Positions 47,319-58,350 of a DNA stretch of 64,000 bases are shown here, in pieces. A program made the translations under genes and the position numbers. The notes under the pieces were generated by a model. That model was not told where the DNA came from, ran no database searches, and was given only the letters and a program-made list of their open reading frames with translations. Origin of the DNA: Zancudomyces culisetae HAW-14-8. Taxonomy: Eukaryota; Fungi; Kickxellomycota. The DNA is taken from the NCBI GenBank assembly GCA_052426225.1, contig JBNJNM010000012.1:372001-436000 (forward strand), in the 5' to 3' direction. The stretch's first letter is position 1, and each line of letters starts with the position of its first letter.

Positions 47319-48236
47319 ATGGATTATACAAATGATATATATTTTAAATCTTTAGAATTGTACATGTTTGTACCTCTGATAAACGGTATTTTTTCCCACT
47401 ACGAATTCGCAAAACATATATACGACATTTATGATGATTTATATTTGGGTGAAGACTGTGATATTCGTTTAGATCCCGACGTGGGTAGCTATCATATATT
47501 AGTAGCACTTGCTAGAAGGCTTATAATGTCTAACGATCTCAAAAGATTTTACGAATTATATCAAGAAAATTACTATTCTATTAGAATCTCTTATGTTCTA
47601 TCTCGTTTTGAAGAAATAGACTTTATACCAAACGTTTTTTACTGCACGTGGTATCCAGATATAGCATCCGAAGATATACATAAAGAGTTATATAATAAAT
47701 ATAAAAACGATGAAAACGTCAATGAGTATGTCAGAGAGAAGTTTTCGTTATGTATGATACGTTCATGTATAATCGCAAAATATCACAATATCTTGGATGA
47801 AATTCTTTTGGGAACAGGATATAAAATACAAGAGGTGTTGGAAGAGGAATGCGAGTATGCGAATACCGAATGCCGTTCTGGTGAAAAATCACCGGAATAT
47901 GAATTTCGAGATGCTATAGGTGAAATGACAGATATATCAAGTTATAAAATGTATAGTTATTGTTACATAGGAAGGGTGGAGATAGATGAAATTAAGCTTT
48001 TAAACACATATCAATTTTATAACGCATTGTCCGCCAGAGACTGTACCGCATGGTCGCTTTATAATATGCGCTTGGATATACCAGATGACTTTTTCGTAAA
48101 CAGAAATATATTATATAATTTTTATTGTAGATACGATATACTTCTTGTAAATATGTTGCTTATAGGATATCATATGGAAGCGATATTGCAAGACGAGAGT
48201 ACAAGAACTTTGGAGGAGTATATACGCGATCTTTAA
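47319..48236 (+). CDS. Intronless hypothetical protein (305 aa, Tyr/Ile/Asp/Glu-rich) with YCTWYPDIASED motif; possibly a 5'-degraded remnant
   Basis: A 918-nt ORF in very AT-rich DNA, lacking the homopolymer inserts of its neighbours. An out-of-frame open stretch at 47114-47335 lies directly upstream. Confidence 0.7.
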   Translation: MDYTNDIYFKSLELYMFVPLINGIFSHYEFAKHIYDIYDDLYLGEDCDIRLDPDVGSYHILVALARRLIMSNDLKRFYELYQENYYSIRISYVLSRFEEIDFIPNVFYCTWYPDIASEDIHKELYNKYKNDENVNEYVREKFSLCMIRSCIIAKYHNILDEILLGTGYKIQEVLEEECEYANTECRSGEKSPEYEFRDAIGEMTDISSYKMYSYCYIGRVEIDEIKLLNTYQFYNALSARDCTAWSLYNMRLDIPDDFFVNRNILYNFYCRYDILLVNMLLIGYHMEAILQDESTRTLEEYIRDL

Positions 48237-48468
48237 TAGATATTACTTTTTTAAATAAGCTAATTTGTTAAAATTGAAATTATAATATTATACTTGTAAA
48301 ATAATGTTATAAAAAAAGTTTATAAAATACCTAAAAAAAAATCGATTTCTCAGTTTAATTATTTTTTTTTTGTTTATAATAGAATATATTTTTTAAAGTA
48401 ATTCAAATAATTTAAAAAATAATAAAAAAAATAAACCGGAAAGGGAGGAAAATAATAAAGGAAGAAAG

Positions 48469-51400
48469 ATGAACGATTCAAATTACGACGAGTTTGGAAA
48501 CTACTTGGGACCAGAAATCCTAACCTCCAGTTCCTCCTCAGGATCGGAAGACGAGGAGGAACAAGAAATAATAGATCAAGAAATGGAGACAGCAAGTCCT
48601 ATTTCGGCAAGAGCCAGGGAAGAATATGGAGAATCAACAAGTTTGGTACAGTACCAAAGTGTTGGACACAGCCAGATTGTCTTGCATGAGGATAAAAAGT
48701 ACTATCCAGAAGCCGAAGAAGTGTTTGGTCAAGATGTTGAGGTGGTGGTCAATGAAGAAGATGCACAGCCGCTGTCTGTCCCACTTGTGACGCCGGTTGA
48801 ACATCAGAGATATTATATTCAAGAAGATAAATTGCCTGAGACAGTATACAATAAAGAGTAAGAAGAAATTAATATATATTATTTATAATATTTATACTCT
48901 AAAGACAAACCGAAAAAAAAAAAACTGAATAAATAAATAAATGGATTAATGAATGAATTAAAATAGGTATTTGGTGGATATGATGGGGCATGTAAAAGAT
49001 GTGCGACACGTGGCAATTGCGGGGCATATGCATCATGGAAAGACACGGTTTGTAGACATGATGGTATCATACACACACTACTGGAAAGAATGGGACCAAT
49101 ACGCACCACGAGGGCTGGCAACCAACATGTTGAGCCGGGTGGAAGAAAACAAGCTAGGATACACAATGATTTCGAACCTGGAGCGGAAACGAGGGATAAG
49201 TACAAAGAGCATGCCGTTGTCGGTGCTTGCGCAAAACAGTCGGGGGAAATCCAAAGTAATAAGTATGATAGATACACCGGGCCACTGTGATTTTATTGAT
49301 GAGGTGGCGGCGGCGTTGCGGCTAGTCGATGGAGTAGTGGTAGTGGTGGATGCGGCGGAGGGGGTGATGAGCAATACGGCGGAGATTCTGAAGGCGGCGT
49401 TGCGGGAAGGGGTGAAGGTGACGGTGGTAATTAACAAGATGGATCGGTTGATTCTAGAGTTGAAGTTGCCACCGCGGGATGCATATTTCAAGTTGAGACA
49501 TACGATTGAGGAAATCAATACGATAATTCAAGAGTATAAAACAATGATGGGAGAACTGAACAAGGATACAAAAAAGAAAAGTGGTAATAAAAAACAAGAA
49601 GGAAAGGAAAATAGTGAGGAGAAAGAGAATGAGGAGGAGGAGGATGGTGATGAGGATGGTGATGGATATAGGATTTCACCAGAGTTGGGAAATGTATGTT
49701 TCAGCTCAGCCGAATATGGATGGTGTTTTAGTTTGGAATCAATGGCACGTAAATATTTGCAAAAATGGAAGGGAGGAGAAGCAATAGATGCGACAGAATT
49801 TGCAAGTAGATTGTGGGGAGATATATACTATGATCGAACTAGTAGGCGGTTTGTTGATAAGAAGAGAATAAGAGGCAAGGAGGGAAGAGGAGGAGAGGAA
49901 GTCGAAAGGACATTTGTAGAATTTATATTGGAACCAATTTACAAGATTCACAGTTATATAGTTGGGGAGGAAAAAAAAGTGTTAAAACCAATGTTGGAAA
50001 GAGAAGGAATTTGGTTGGGACAAAAGGATTACGATTTAGATGTGCCAGTAGTGTTACGAAAGGCAATGCAGCAGTTTATAGGGTTTCCTACAGGATTTGT
50101 TGATATGTTGGACCGAAAAGTTCCCAATCCAATAGAGAATGCAGCACGCAAGATACGACAGATTTACACGGGCAGTAGTGATGGTAGTGAGTTGACTAGT
50201 TTGAATAGTTGTAGTGCCGATGGACCATTGATGATATATGTAACCAAGACGTATAGTGATGGAAGTGGTGGTGGTGGGAATGAGATGTATAGTTTGGGTA
50301 GGATTTTGAGTGGAGAGGTAAGAGAGGGACAAAAAGTAGTAGTATTACATGAAGGGTATACTGTTGGAGACGAAGAAGAAACCGCAGAAGTGACGGTTGA
50401 GGGGTTATATGTATACGAATCGCGGTACAAGATAAGTGTACGAGGAATGAGGGCGGGCAATATAGTGTTAATACGAGGAGTGAGCGGAGTGATTAATAAA
50501 GTGGCAACGATAAGTGATCGGAAATCGATGCAACAGCACGAGGTCGGGCTATTCCGAACAGGGTTGGGAGTAGCTGAGCCGACAGTCAAAGTGGCAGTGG
50601 AACCAGCGAATCCAGCCGAACTTCCAAAGATGCTGATTGGATTGAGACTGGTGAACAAGACGTACCCCAGCTGCACGACCAAAGTAGAGGAGAGCGGGGA
50701 GCATGTGGTGTTGGGTACAGGAGAGATGGCGGTGGATTGTATGCTGCATGATTTACGGCTGGTGTTTGGACGGCTGGATATCAATGTTAGCGATCCCGTG
50801 GTGGTGTTCCGCGAGACGGTGGCGGAGACATCGGCGGCCAAGTGTTATGTATACTCGACCAACCGACGGAACAAAGTGTCGATGATTTGTGAGCCATTGG
50901 AAGAGACGGTGGTTGCAGATTTGGCTAATTTCAATCTTGGCAGTACTGTGGAGACGTGGACAGCGCGGCAGACTTCACATCATTTTGCGGAACGGTACGG
51001 ATGGGATTTGTTGAGCAGCCGCAATATTATATGTTTTGGGCCACATGCGCATACGGGACCCAATGTTCTGATCAACGATACGATGGGGAGTATTCCAGCA
51101 CCAGCTCGGCAGAGTATTAAACAAGGCTTTTTGTGGGCCGCTCGAGAAGGGCCGTTGGTGGAGGAAGAAATCCGGGGCGTCAAGTTCCGACTGACTGATT
51201 CAGTCTTGGCGGACCAGCCGATTTTGCGCGGCAGTGGGCAGTTGATTCCGGCAGCTCGCAAGGTATGTTATGCATCGTTTCTGGCGGCGTCACCAAAGTT
51301 ACTTGAACCATACTATTTTGTGGAAATTACGTCACCTGCCGATTGTGTTTCTGCCGTATATAACCTGATCAACTCGAGTGGCCGGCGTGGCGTGGTTACC

Positions 51401-51835
51401 AAGGAATCGCCGAAACCCGGCACTCCTCTTTACTTGATTGAGGCGCTTATTCCTGTCATTGACAGTTTTGGATTTGAGACTGATTTGCGTATCCATACCA
51501 ATGGCGCTTGTTTCTGCTCGTTGAGGTTTGATCATTGGCAAGTTGTCCCCGGAAATATTGAAATTGCTGTTAATTTATCTGATCAAAGTCAAAATCAAAA
51601 CCAAAGCTCAAACCTTTTCGCCACTTCTAATTCAACCACAAATATTAATACTAATATTAATGGTAATACTAATGGTACTGGTGTCAAAATCTTACAACGT
51701 GCTGTTGGTAATGAATTATGTACTGATTTCTTGATAAAAACTAGAAGACGTAAAGGTTTAGGTGATAATATTAATATAGCTAAATATGTAGATAACGATC
51801 CCTTGTTATTAGAATTATTAGCTTCAAATCTTTAA
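48469..51835 (+). CDS. SNU114: U5 snRNP 116 kDa EF-2-like GTPase, exons 48469-48857 and 48967-51835
   Basis: YDEFGNYLGP, IVLHEDKKYYP, EEDAQPL, G1 GHMHHGKT, DTPGH, INKMDRLILELKLPP, SFGFETDLR, KTRRRKGL. The phase-2 intron GTAAGA...AATAG is consistent. Confidence 0.96.
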
Positions 51836-51925
51836 ATTTTACCACTTTTTCTTTCATTTATTTATTTGCTTTATTTACTTTTACTTTTTAACTTGAAATA
51901 TAATATAATGGATTAATTATTCAAC

Positions 51926-54900
51926 TTAATCTTCATATGCATCCAATGGTGCGCAACTACATACCAAATTCATATCACCATAACTATCATCTAATCTACT
52001 AACAGTAGGCCAAAACGCCTTTTTGGAAATCCCCAAAGGATAAGCTGCCTTTTCCACAGAATATGAAAACTCCTTCTTGCTACTCAACAAATCTGCCAGT
52101 GGATGAGGACTGTTTACCAACACATTGTTGTCAGCCGGATACTCCCCTTGTGCGACTTGTTTAATTTCCTGATGAATACTCAACATCGATTCAATAAACC
52201 GGTCCAGTTCATACAAACTCTCGGATTCAGTAGGTTCGATCATCAATGAGTTTGGTACAGGCCACGACATTGTTGGTGGATGGAACCCATAATCTTGCAA
52301 TCGCTTGGCAATATCTACAGCTCCAATTCCGTGGCCTCCTCCTCCGTTACTACTGTCAATGCTGGCATTGATTTGCTTCACCAGCTTGTTGCTTCCCACA
52401 TCTATAATAAACTCATGAGCACACAATCCATTCTTGTTTGTATACAATATATCGTATACTGAAGACAACCGCTTGGCCATATAGTTTGCATTCAAAATCG
52501 CCACCTCAGTAGCTCGGCGCAATCCTGCTCCTCCCATCATCTTGATATACGCCCATGTAATTGGCAAAATCCCTGCTGATCCATATGGCGCCGCACTAAC
52601 TGGCCCAATTCCATTTTGCTTGCTATTTGGAATCTCAACAACTGGATGTGATGGCAAAAATGGTACCAAATGCGATTGCACACAGATAGGACCTACACCA
52701 GGACCTCCTCCTCCGTGCGGTACACACAATGACTTGTGGTTATTAATATGACACACATCAGCACCCATCTCGCCTGGTGAACACAATCCAATCTGAGCAT
52801 TCAAGTTGGCTCCGTCCATATATACCTGGCCTCCTGCCTCGTGAACTATCTTGATTGCCTCCACAATGTTCTCCTCAAAGATTCCGTATGTGCTGGGATA
52901 CGTAATCATAATCGACGACAGCTGGTCCTTATACTTGGCCGCTTTTTGTCTCAAATCTTCAAGATTCAAATATCCACTGTTGGGACTATCCTGTCTTTGT
53001 TCACACTCTACTGTCACCACCTTCAAGTTGGCCATAACTGCCGAGGCTGGGTTGGTTCCGTGTGCTGACTTTGGCACTAAACATATATTACGGTGTCCCT
53101 GCCCAATCGATTCTTGGTATGCCCGGATCACTCTCAGTCCTGCGTATTCTCCTTGTGCTCCACTGTTTGGTTGCAAACTGGTGCCTGCCATCCCCGTAAT
53201 ATTCGCCAAGTCCTCCTCGAGTTCCCCAATCAGTTGTGCATATCCTACAGCCTGGTCTCGTGGTGCAAATGGATGGATTTGGCAAAACTCTGGCCATGTA
53301 ATTGGTATCATTTCACTTGTTGCATTCAATTTCATTGTACATGATCCCAATGGAATCATCGCATTTGCCAGTGACAAATCCATTGATTGAAGTCTCTGCA
53401 AGTATCGCAGCATTTCTGTCTCTGAATGATAACTATTAAACACTGGTTGTTGAAGAATTGCCTTGCTACGTCGAAGTTGCTCTGGAATCTTGCTCACTCC
53501 TCCTCTTGCTCCTTCTCCTCCTTGAGTTGGTAATAACTCATTGGCTAATACAACTAGCTTTTCACCAGCTCCCTGAATCAAAAATACCTTTTCCAACAAC
53601 AATTCCAAATCGCTAAATCCAACTGTCTCATCAAATGTCACTCCAACATGTTGTTCATCAATATACCGCAAATTAATCTCATTAGCTAGTGCTCGTTCCC
53701 GCAATTCATTGATATCCCCATCGACTTTAATCTTCAGTGTATCAAAATACTGCTTGCTAACCACCATAGATCCCAATACAGTAGCTGCCGCAACTGTCAT
53801 ACGGTGGATTCGTCCTGAAATCTCTGCTAACCCTTGTGGTCCATGGTATACTGCATACATTGCCGCAATATTGGCTAGCAATGCCTGTGCTGTACATACA
53901 TTACTGGTTGCCTTCTCTCTCTTGATGTGCTGTTCGCGTGTTTGCAATGCCAATCTAAATGCTCTTCGTCCTTTACTATCTTTACTCACTCCAATAATTC
54001 TTCCTGGAATGCGTCGCTTGTGTGTCTCTGTACATGCAAAGAATGCTGCGTGTGGTCCTCCATACCCCAATGGTACTCCAAATCTTTGACTGTTACCCAC
54101 TACGATGTCCGCTCCAAATTCAGCTGGTGCTTTCAGTGCCACCAATGACATCAGCTCTGCACACACCACAAACTGTCCACCTGCTGCATGGATTCGCTCT
54201 CCCAACCCACTATAGTCTTGGATTTCTCCATATGTATCTGGGTATCCTGCAATACATCCGACTACTTGCTTGTCACTATTGGCATTTTTGTACGCCTCGA
54301 AATCCATCTCGCCAATCTTATCAACTACTACTACTTCTGCTCCAAGTCCCTCAGCACGTGTCTTTAATACTGCTAGTGTTTGTGCATGCAAGTTTTCATC
54401 TGCAAAGAATACTTGCTTCTTACCCTTTTTGCCCTTTGTTGCGCTCAAACACACTCCCAGTGCCTCGCCTGCTGCTGTACCTTCATCCAGCAAACTTGCG
54501 TTGGCTATGGGCAGCCCTGTAAGTTCCATTACTACTGTTTGGTAGTTCAACAAACTCTCCAACCGTCCCTGTGAGATTTCTGGTTGGTATGGTGTATATT
54601 GTGTGTACCACCCTGGATTTTCCAACAAGTTTCTTTGTATCACCTTGGGCATCACAACGTCTGAATATCCCATTCCAATATACGACTTGTAAACCTTGTT
54701 CTTGCTAGCTATTTTTTTCAATGCTGCCAACATTTCCACCTCTCCCATCCCACCATTCTTGATCTCCAACTTGTTCTTGAGCCGGATGTCTTGGGGAACT
54801 GTCTTGTCTATCAACTCCTCCATGCTTCCTACTCCAATCACTTCCAGCATTTTTTGGACCTCACTCTCGCGTGGTCCAATATGTCTTCGTGGAAATGTAT

Positions 54901-55219
54901 CTGTACTGCCATATGCTTGGCGTACCTGATTGTTACTATACTGTTGTGACTGGTATGATCGGTCAATCTCGCTGGTCTCTTTTACGGATCCTTGCTGCCC
55001 ATTAATGTCATCTCTCAATTGTGCTACTGTACTTTGCATCCTTGATACTCCTCCATGTTTTAGTATTCCATATGATGCCTTGTCACATTGACTATTTCCT
55101 GACCTTTTCATTATTTCTAGTCCTCTTACCAAGACTTGTATTTGTCTACGGTTGGCCACCACTCCAACCTTTTGTCTAACTGCTGCTCCATTTACCAACT
55201 TTGATCCAAACCTGTACAT
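51926..55219 (-). CDS. GCV2: Glycine decarboxylase (glycine cleavage P protein), mitochondrial
   Basis: FPRRHIGP, YTPYQPEISQGRLE, LQTREQHI, MIPLGSCTMKLN, QPNSGAQGEYAG, PHGGGGPG, AKRLQDYGFHPPT, MIEPTESE; N-terminal presequence. Confidence 0.97.
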   Translation of the reverse strand: MYRFGSKLVNGAAVRQKVGVVANRRQIQVLVRGLEIMKRSGNSQCDKASYGILKHGGVSRMQSTVAQLRDDINGQQGSVKETSEIDRSYQSQQYSNNQVRQAYGSTDTFPRRHIGPRESEVQKMLEVIGVGSMEELIDKTVPQDIRLKNKLEIKNGGMGEVEMLAALKKIASKNKVYKSYIGMGYSDVVMPKVIQRNLLENPGWYTQYTPYQPEISQGRLESLLNYQTVVMELTGLPIANASLLDEGTAAGEALGVCLSATKGKKGKKQVFFADENLHAQTLAVLKTRAEGLGAEVVVVDKIGEMDFEAYKNANSDKQVVGCIAGYPDTYGEIQDYSGLGERIHAAGGQFVVCAELMSLVALKAPAEFGADIVVGNSQRFGVPLGYGGPHAAFFACTETHKRRIPGRIIGVSKDSKGRRAFRLALQTREQHIKREKATSNVCTAQALLANIAAMYAVYHGPQGLAEISGRIHRMTVAAATVLGSMVVSKQYFDTLKIKVDGDINELRERALANEINLRYIDEQHVGVTFDETVGFSDLELLLEKVFLIQGAGEKLVVLANELLPTQGGEGARGGVSKIPEQLRRSKAILQQPVFNSYHSETEMLRYLQRLQSMDLSLANAMIPLGSCTMKLNATSEMIPITWPEFCQIHPFAPRDQAVGYAQLIGELEEDLANITGMAGTSLQPNSGAQGEYAGLRVIRAYQESIGQGHRNICLVPKSAHGTNPASAVMANLKVVTVECEQRQDSPNSGYLNLEDLRQKAAKYKDQLSSIMITYPSTYGIFEENIVEAIKIVHEAGGQVYMDGANLNAQIGLCSPGEMGADVCHINNHKSLCVPHGGGGPGVGPICVQSHLVPFLPSHPVVEIPNSKQNGIGPVSAAPYGSAGILPITWAYIKMMGGAGLRRATEVAILNANYMAKRLSSVYDILYTNKNGLCAHEFIIDVGSNKLVKQINASIDSSNGGGGHGIGAVDIAKRLQDYGFHPPTMSWPVPNSLMIEPTESESLYELDRFIESMLSIHQEIKQVAQGEYPADNNVLVNSPHPLADLLSSKKEFSYSVEKAAYPLGISKKAFWPTVSRLDDSYGDMNLVCSCAPLDAYED

Positions 55220-57108
55220 TGTATCTATCTCTTTTAGCCTTTTCTTTTTTCTTTTTCTTACAAATAATTCTATTATTATATTCCTTCCTTTCCTATTGTT
55301 TTCTTTTCTTTTCTTTTCTTTTCTTTTTCCTTTGACGGCTTAATTTTTTATAGCGCTATTGTAAATGATTTAAAAGATTTCTTTCTTTTTTAAGAATACA
55401 ATTGTTATACCAAAATAACCAATTTTATCTTTTACTTCTTTTTTTGTTATAGCCCTACTTTTGTTGTAAATATGAATTAAACAATGCTTTTTATATTTAA
55501 TTGTTTAGTTCTCTTTATATAACATTTACAACATTCATCAAAAGAAAGAAAAAAATCATCCAAATACCAAATAAAAAGTAAAATAAAAAAAAAGTTTGTA
55601 ATTGTGCATTTTTATCTCATACTGCACATTATCTCTACAGCCTAAAATTCCACCTACTTTTTTTATTATTCATTTCCACCGTAAAATTCATTCTAGATCA
55701 TGAATTTCAAAACCAAATTATATCCTATCCTTGCCTTTTTAGGCTTCTTTTGAATTAAAACCATATAATTGTATTGATTCAAACATTGGTATAGGTACAA
55801 ATATAGTTCTAGGTATAGTTATAGGTATAGGTACAATTATAGGTACTGGTATTGATTAAAACACTGTTCCACTAGGTTAATTCTTTTTAATTACCCGCAC
55901 CTAAAAACAAAATGTGATAATAACAATCCTTCCCCTTTCCCTCTCATCTCATCACATCAAATTACAATACAGTACAATACAGTACAATACAATACAATCC
56001 CAAGCTTCTCTGTTTTTCTTTTCTCCTCCATACTCCCAACCTCTTACAAAGTTACAAATGAAATACGCATTGACTTTATTGTTTCTAGGTAGATTTTCCT
56101 TTATCTTTTCCACCGATAAAAAAAAAAATAATAGTGAAAAAAATGAATGGTACCTATTTGAATTTTATCTCGCCCCTTCCTCCCTCTTCTCCTCTTCTCT
56201 TCTTCCCCCAACCCACTTCAAATTTCGGATTTCAATTTTTTTTTTCTTTTCAAACATTTTCTTTTCATTATAATTATTATTAAACTTGTCTATTTATACT
56301 ATTTATTTATTCTTTTTTCTTTTACAATCCTCTTATCCCTCTTGCCCCACTCTTTTTTTTTTCAATTGAATTTAGGAAAAACAAACTATTAATTACTAGT
56401 TTGATCATTATATAATACGCTAATAACTTTTTATTTTTTCCCCCGTTTTTTATTTTATACAGTGGAAATAAACCTCTTGTGATTCACGCTCTCTATTCCT
56501 TCAATTCCCTTCCTTCATTCCATATACAAAACTCTCTCTCTCTCTCCCCCACCCCTGCCCCCTCTTGACATATTATCTTTTTTTTTTTCTTTTTTTACAT
56601 AGTGGAAAAGGATTCTCTACTTCCTCCTCACTCCCCCTGTTTTTTATCTCTTTAACAATTATTACTGTATTTATTACTATATTTGTATTTCTTTGGAAGA
56701 TTAATTTGTTGGTAATAGTCTTGTTATCAATCACTTCACAATATAATTCCACATTCCCCCTAACCCTTCCCCCTCCCCCGCTCCCACTTTAAAATAATGA
56801 CAAATAAACTTTAAAATAAATATGCTACAATTGAACCAAAACAGTGTCATGAGATCTCTCTCTCTCTCTCTCATCCCATTCCCTTCATTTACAAGTAACC
56901 AACTTTGATTTCTGTTTCTCTTATCATAAACATGAACATTTAGATATATTTAAAACCCTGTTTATCTTTCCATTACAAATCATCTCTAAATAAATAAATA
57001 AAAAAAGACCTTCTCTCCCCTCCCCTCCCGTCGACCCCCAGCACCTCCTCCATATTACTTGATATTCAAACAATGTATCATAAATAAATAAATAAATAAA
57101 CATAGAAA

Positions 57109-58350
57109 CTATGATCCATTGACTTGTACTATATCCTCATCAATAAATACGTCTAGATCAACGTCGCTATTGATTTTTGTGACATCGAGATCATGATCAG
57201 TTGGAGGTACTAGTATATCCTCAGTATCACTATGAGTATTTGTATTTGTATTTGTATTATCATACTCGCTCTTGACACCACTATTGTTGATATTTTCAGA
57301 ATTATCCTTGTCTACAGTCTCGCTCTTGTTATCTTTTCCACTATTGGATACAGAAACCAACGAACGGGTATCATTATTAGCATGTTCCTGAGATGCAGCT
57401 TCGGATGGAGAAGAACGTGTGCTTGTATCTGCAACTATGCTTGCTGGAAGAGTTGTCACATCCTTACTACTTTTATTTGTGCTGCTGTTGGCTGTTGAAG
57501 CAGTGGATTTCGACGCTATTGTTCGCTTGTATTTAGTCATGTTTTTTTTGTATTCCGTTCGCTCCAAATTATACGCGTCATAGTACTTTTTCTTTTCTGC
57601 CTCAGGCAACTCGCGCCACATACTCCCCATCTGCTTCACCACATCGCCCGACAAGTTATCAATGTTCTTCATTGTGGCACGTTGCGAACGGCAGTATATC
57701 ACAAATGCATTCGCTGGTCTCTTTGGCGCCCGCGGATCACGCTCGCTACGCTTCCGCCGGCCTGGAGAGTTTTCTTCACCAGAACCGGGGGCGCTTCCCT
57801 CTTCATCGCTTGTATCTGCCGAGTGTGATGCTCTTTTTGCTCCCCCAAAGCTCCCTTGCCTTGCTGGTTCGGCCGTCTTTTTTGCCTTGTCCAAAAGTGT
57901 CTCTGAATCATCATCACTTCTCGCCTCGCTCTCCCTTCTTCCTTTTCTGCTCATAAATGTCTGTCTCAATGGCACATCCGATTCAGACTCAGATCCAGGA
58001 TCAATAATTGATCCCGTGTCATGGTATTTACCCATCACCTCAATCCGCTCAAACAATATGTTTCTCTCCACTTTTAGTCTCTTGAGCTTGTTTCTCCACC
58101 GACACAACCGCACTGACATCTTGTCATTGTATTGCTCGAGCTCCTCCAGTTGCTTTTTCAACATTATATACCGCTCTTTGTTCCCTTGCACACCTCCCTC
58201 GCTTGGCTTTGTTCCTGGTCTTGGTCTTTTGCCGCCCTTTGATCCCACACTCTCTGTAGGTTTGTCTTTGCCCCTCAGTGCCTCTTCAGTTCTTTCCATT
58301 TCGCCGTTTTCCTGTAGCTTTCTTTTGTTTAAAGCTGGTGTCTCTAACAT
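57109..58350 (-). CDS. NHP10: HMG-box protein, Nhp10-like INO80 complex subunit
   Basis: N-terminal coiled coil KERYIMLKKQLEEL...KRLKVERNILFERI of the INO80E/Nhp10 type, followed by an HMG box RDPRAPKRPANAFVIYC...MGSMWRELPEAEKKKY. Confidence 0.75.
   Translation of the reverse strand: MLETPALNKRKLQENGEMERTEEALRGKDKPTESVGSKGGKRPRPGTKPSEGGVQGNKERYIMLKKQLEELEQYNDKMSVRLCRWRNKLKRLKVERNILFERIEVMGKYHDTGSIIDPGSESESDVPLRQTFMSRKGRRESEARSDDDSETLLDKAKKTAEPARQGSFGGAKRASHSADTSDEEGSAPGSGEENSPGRRKRSERDPRAPKRPANAFVIYCRSQRATMKNIDNLSGDVVKQMGSMWRELPEAEKKKYYDAYNLERTEYKKNMTKYKRTIASKSTASTANSSTNKSSKDVTTLPASIVADTSTRSSPSEAASQEHANNDTRSLVSVSNSGKDNKSETVDKDNSENINNSGVKSEYDNTNTNTNTHSDTEDILVPPTDHDLDVTKINSDVDLDVFIDEDIVQVNGS

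Noticed and set aside
55770-55870. TATAGG(TAC) repeat block flanked by short direct repeats
   Set aside because: A degenerate minisatellite; no spacer structure (not CRISPR) and not a regular telomeric array.
36406-58350. Functional cluster of nuclear/RNP genes (SMARCC, coilin-like, SNU114, NHP10)
   Set aside because: They are interspersed with unrelated genes and share no visible regulatory motif; chance adjacency suffices.
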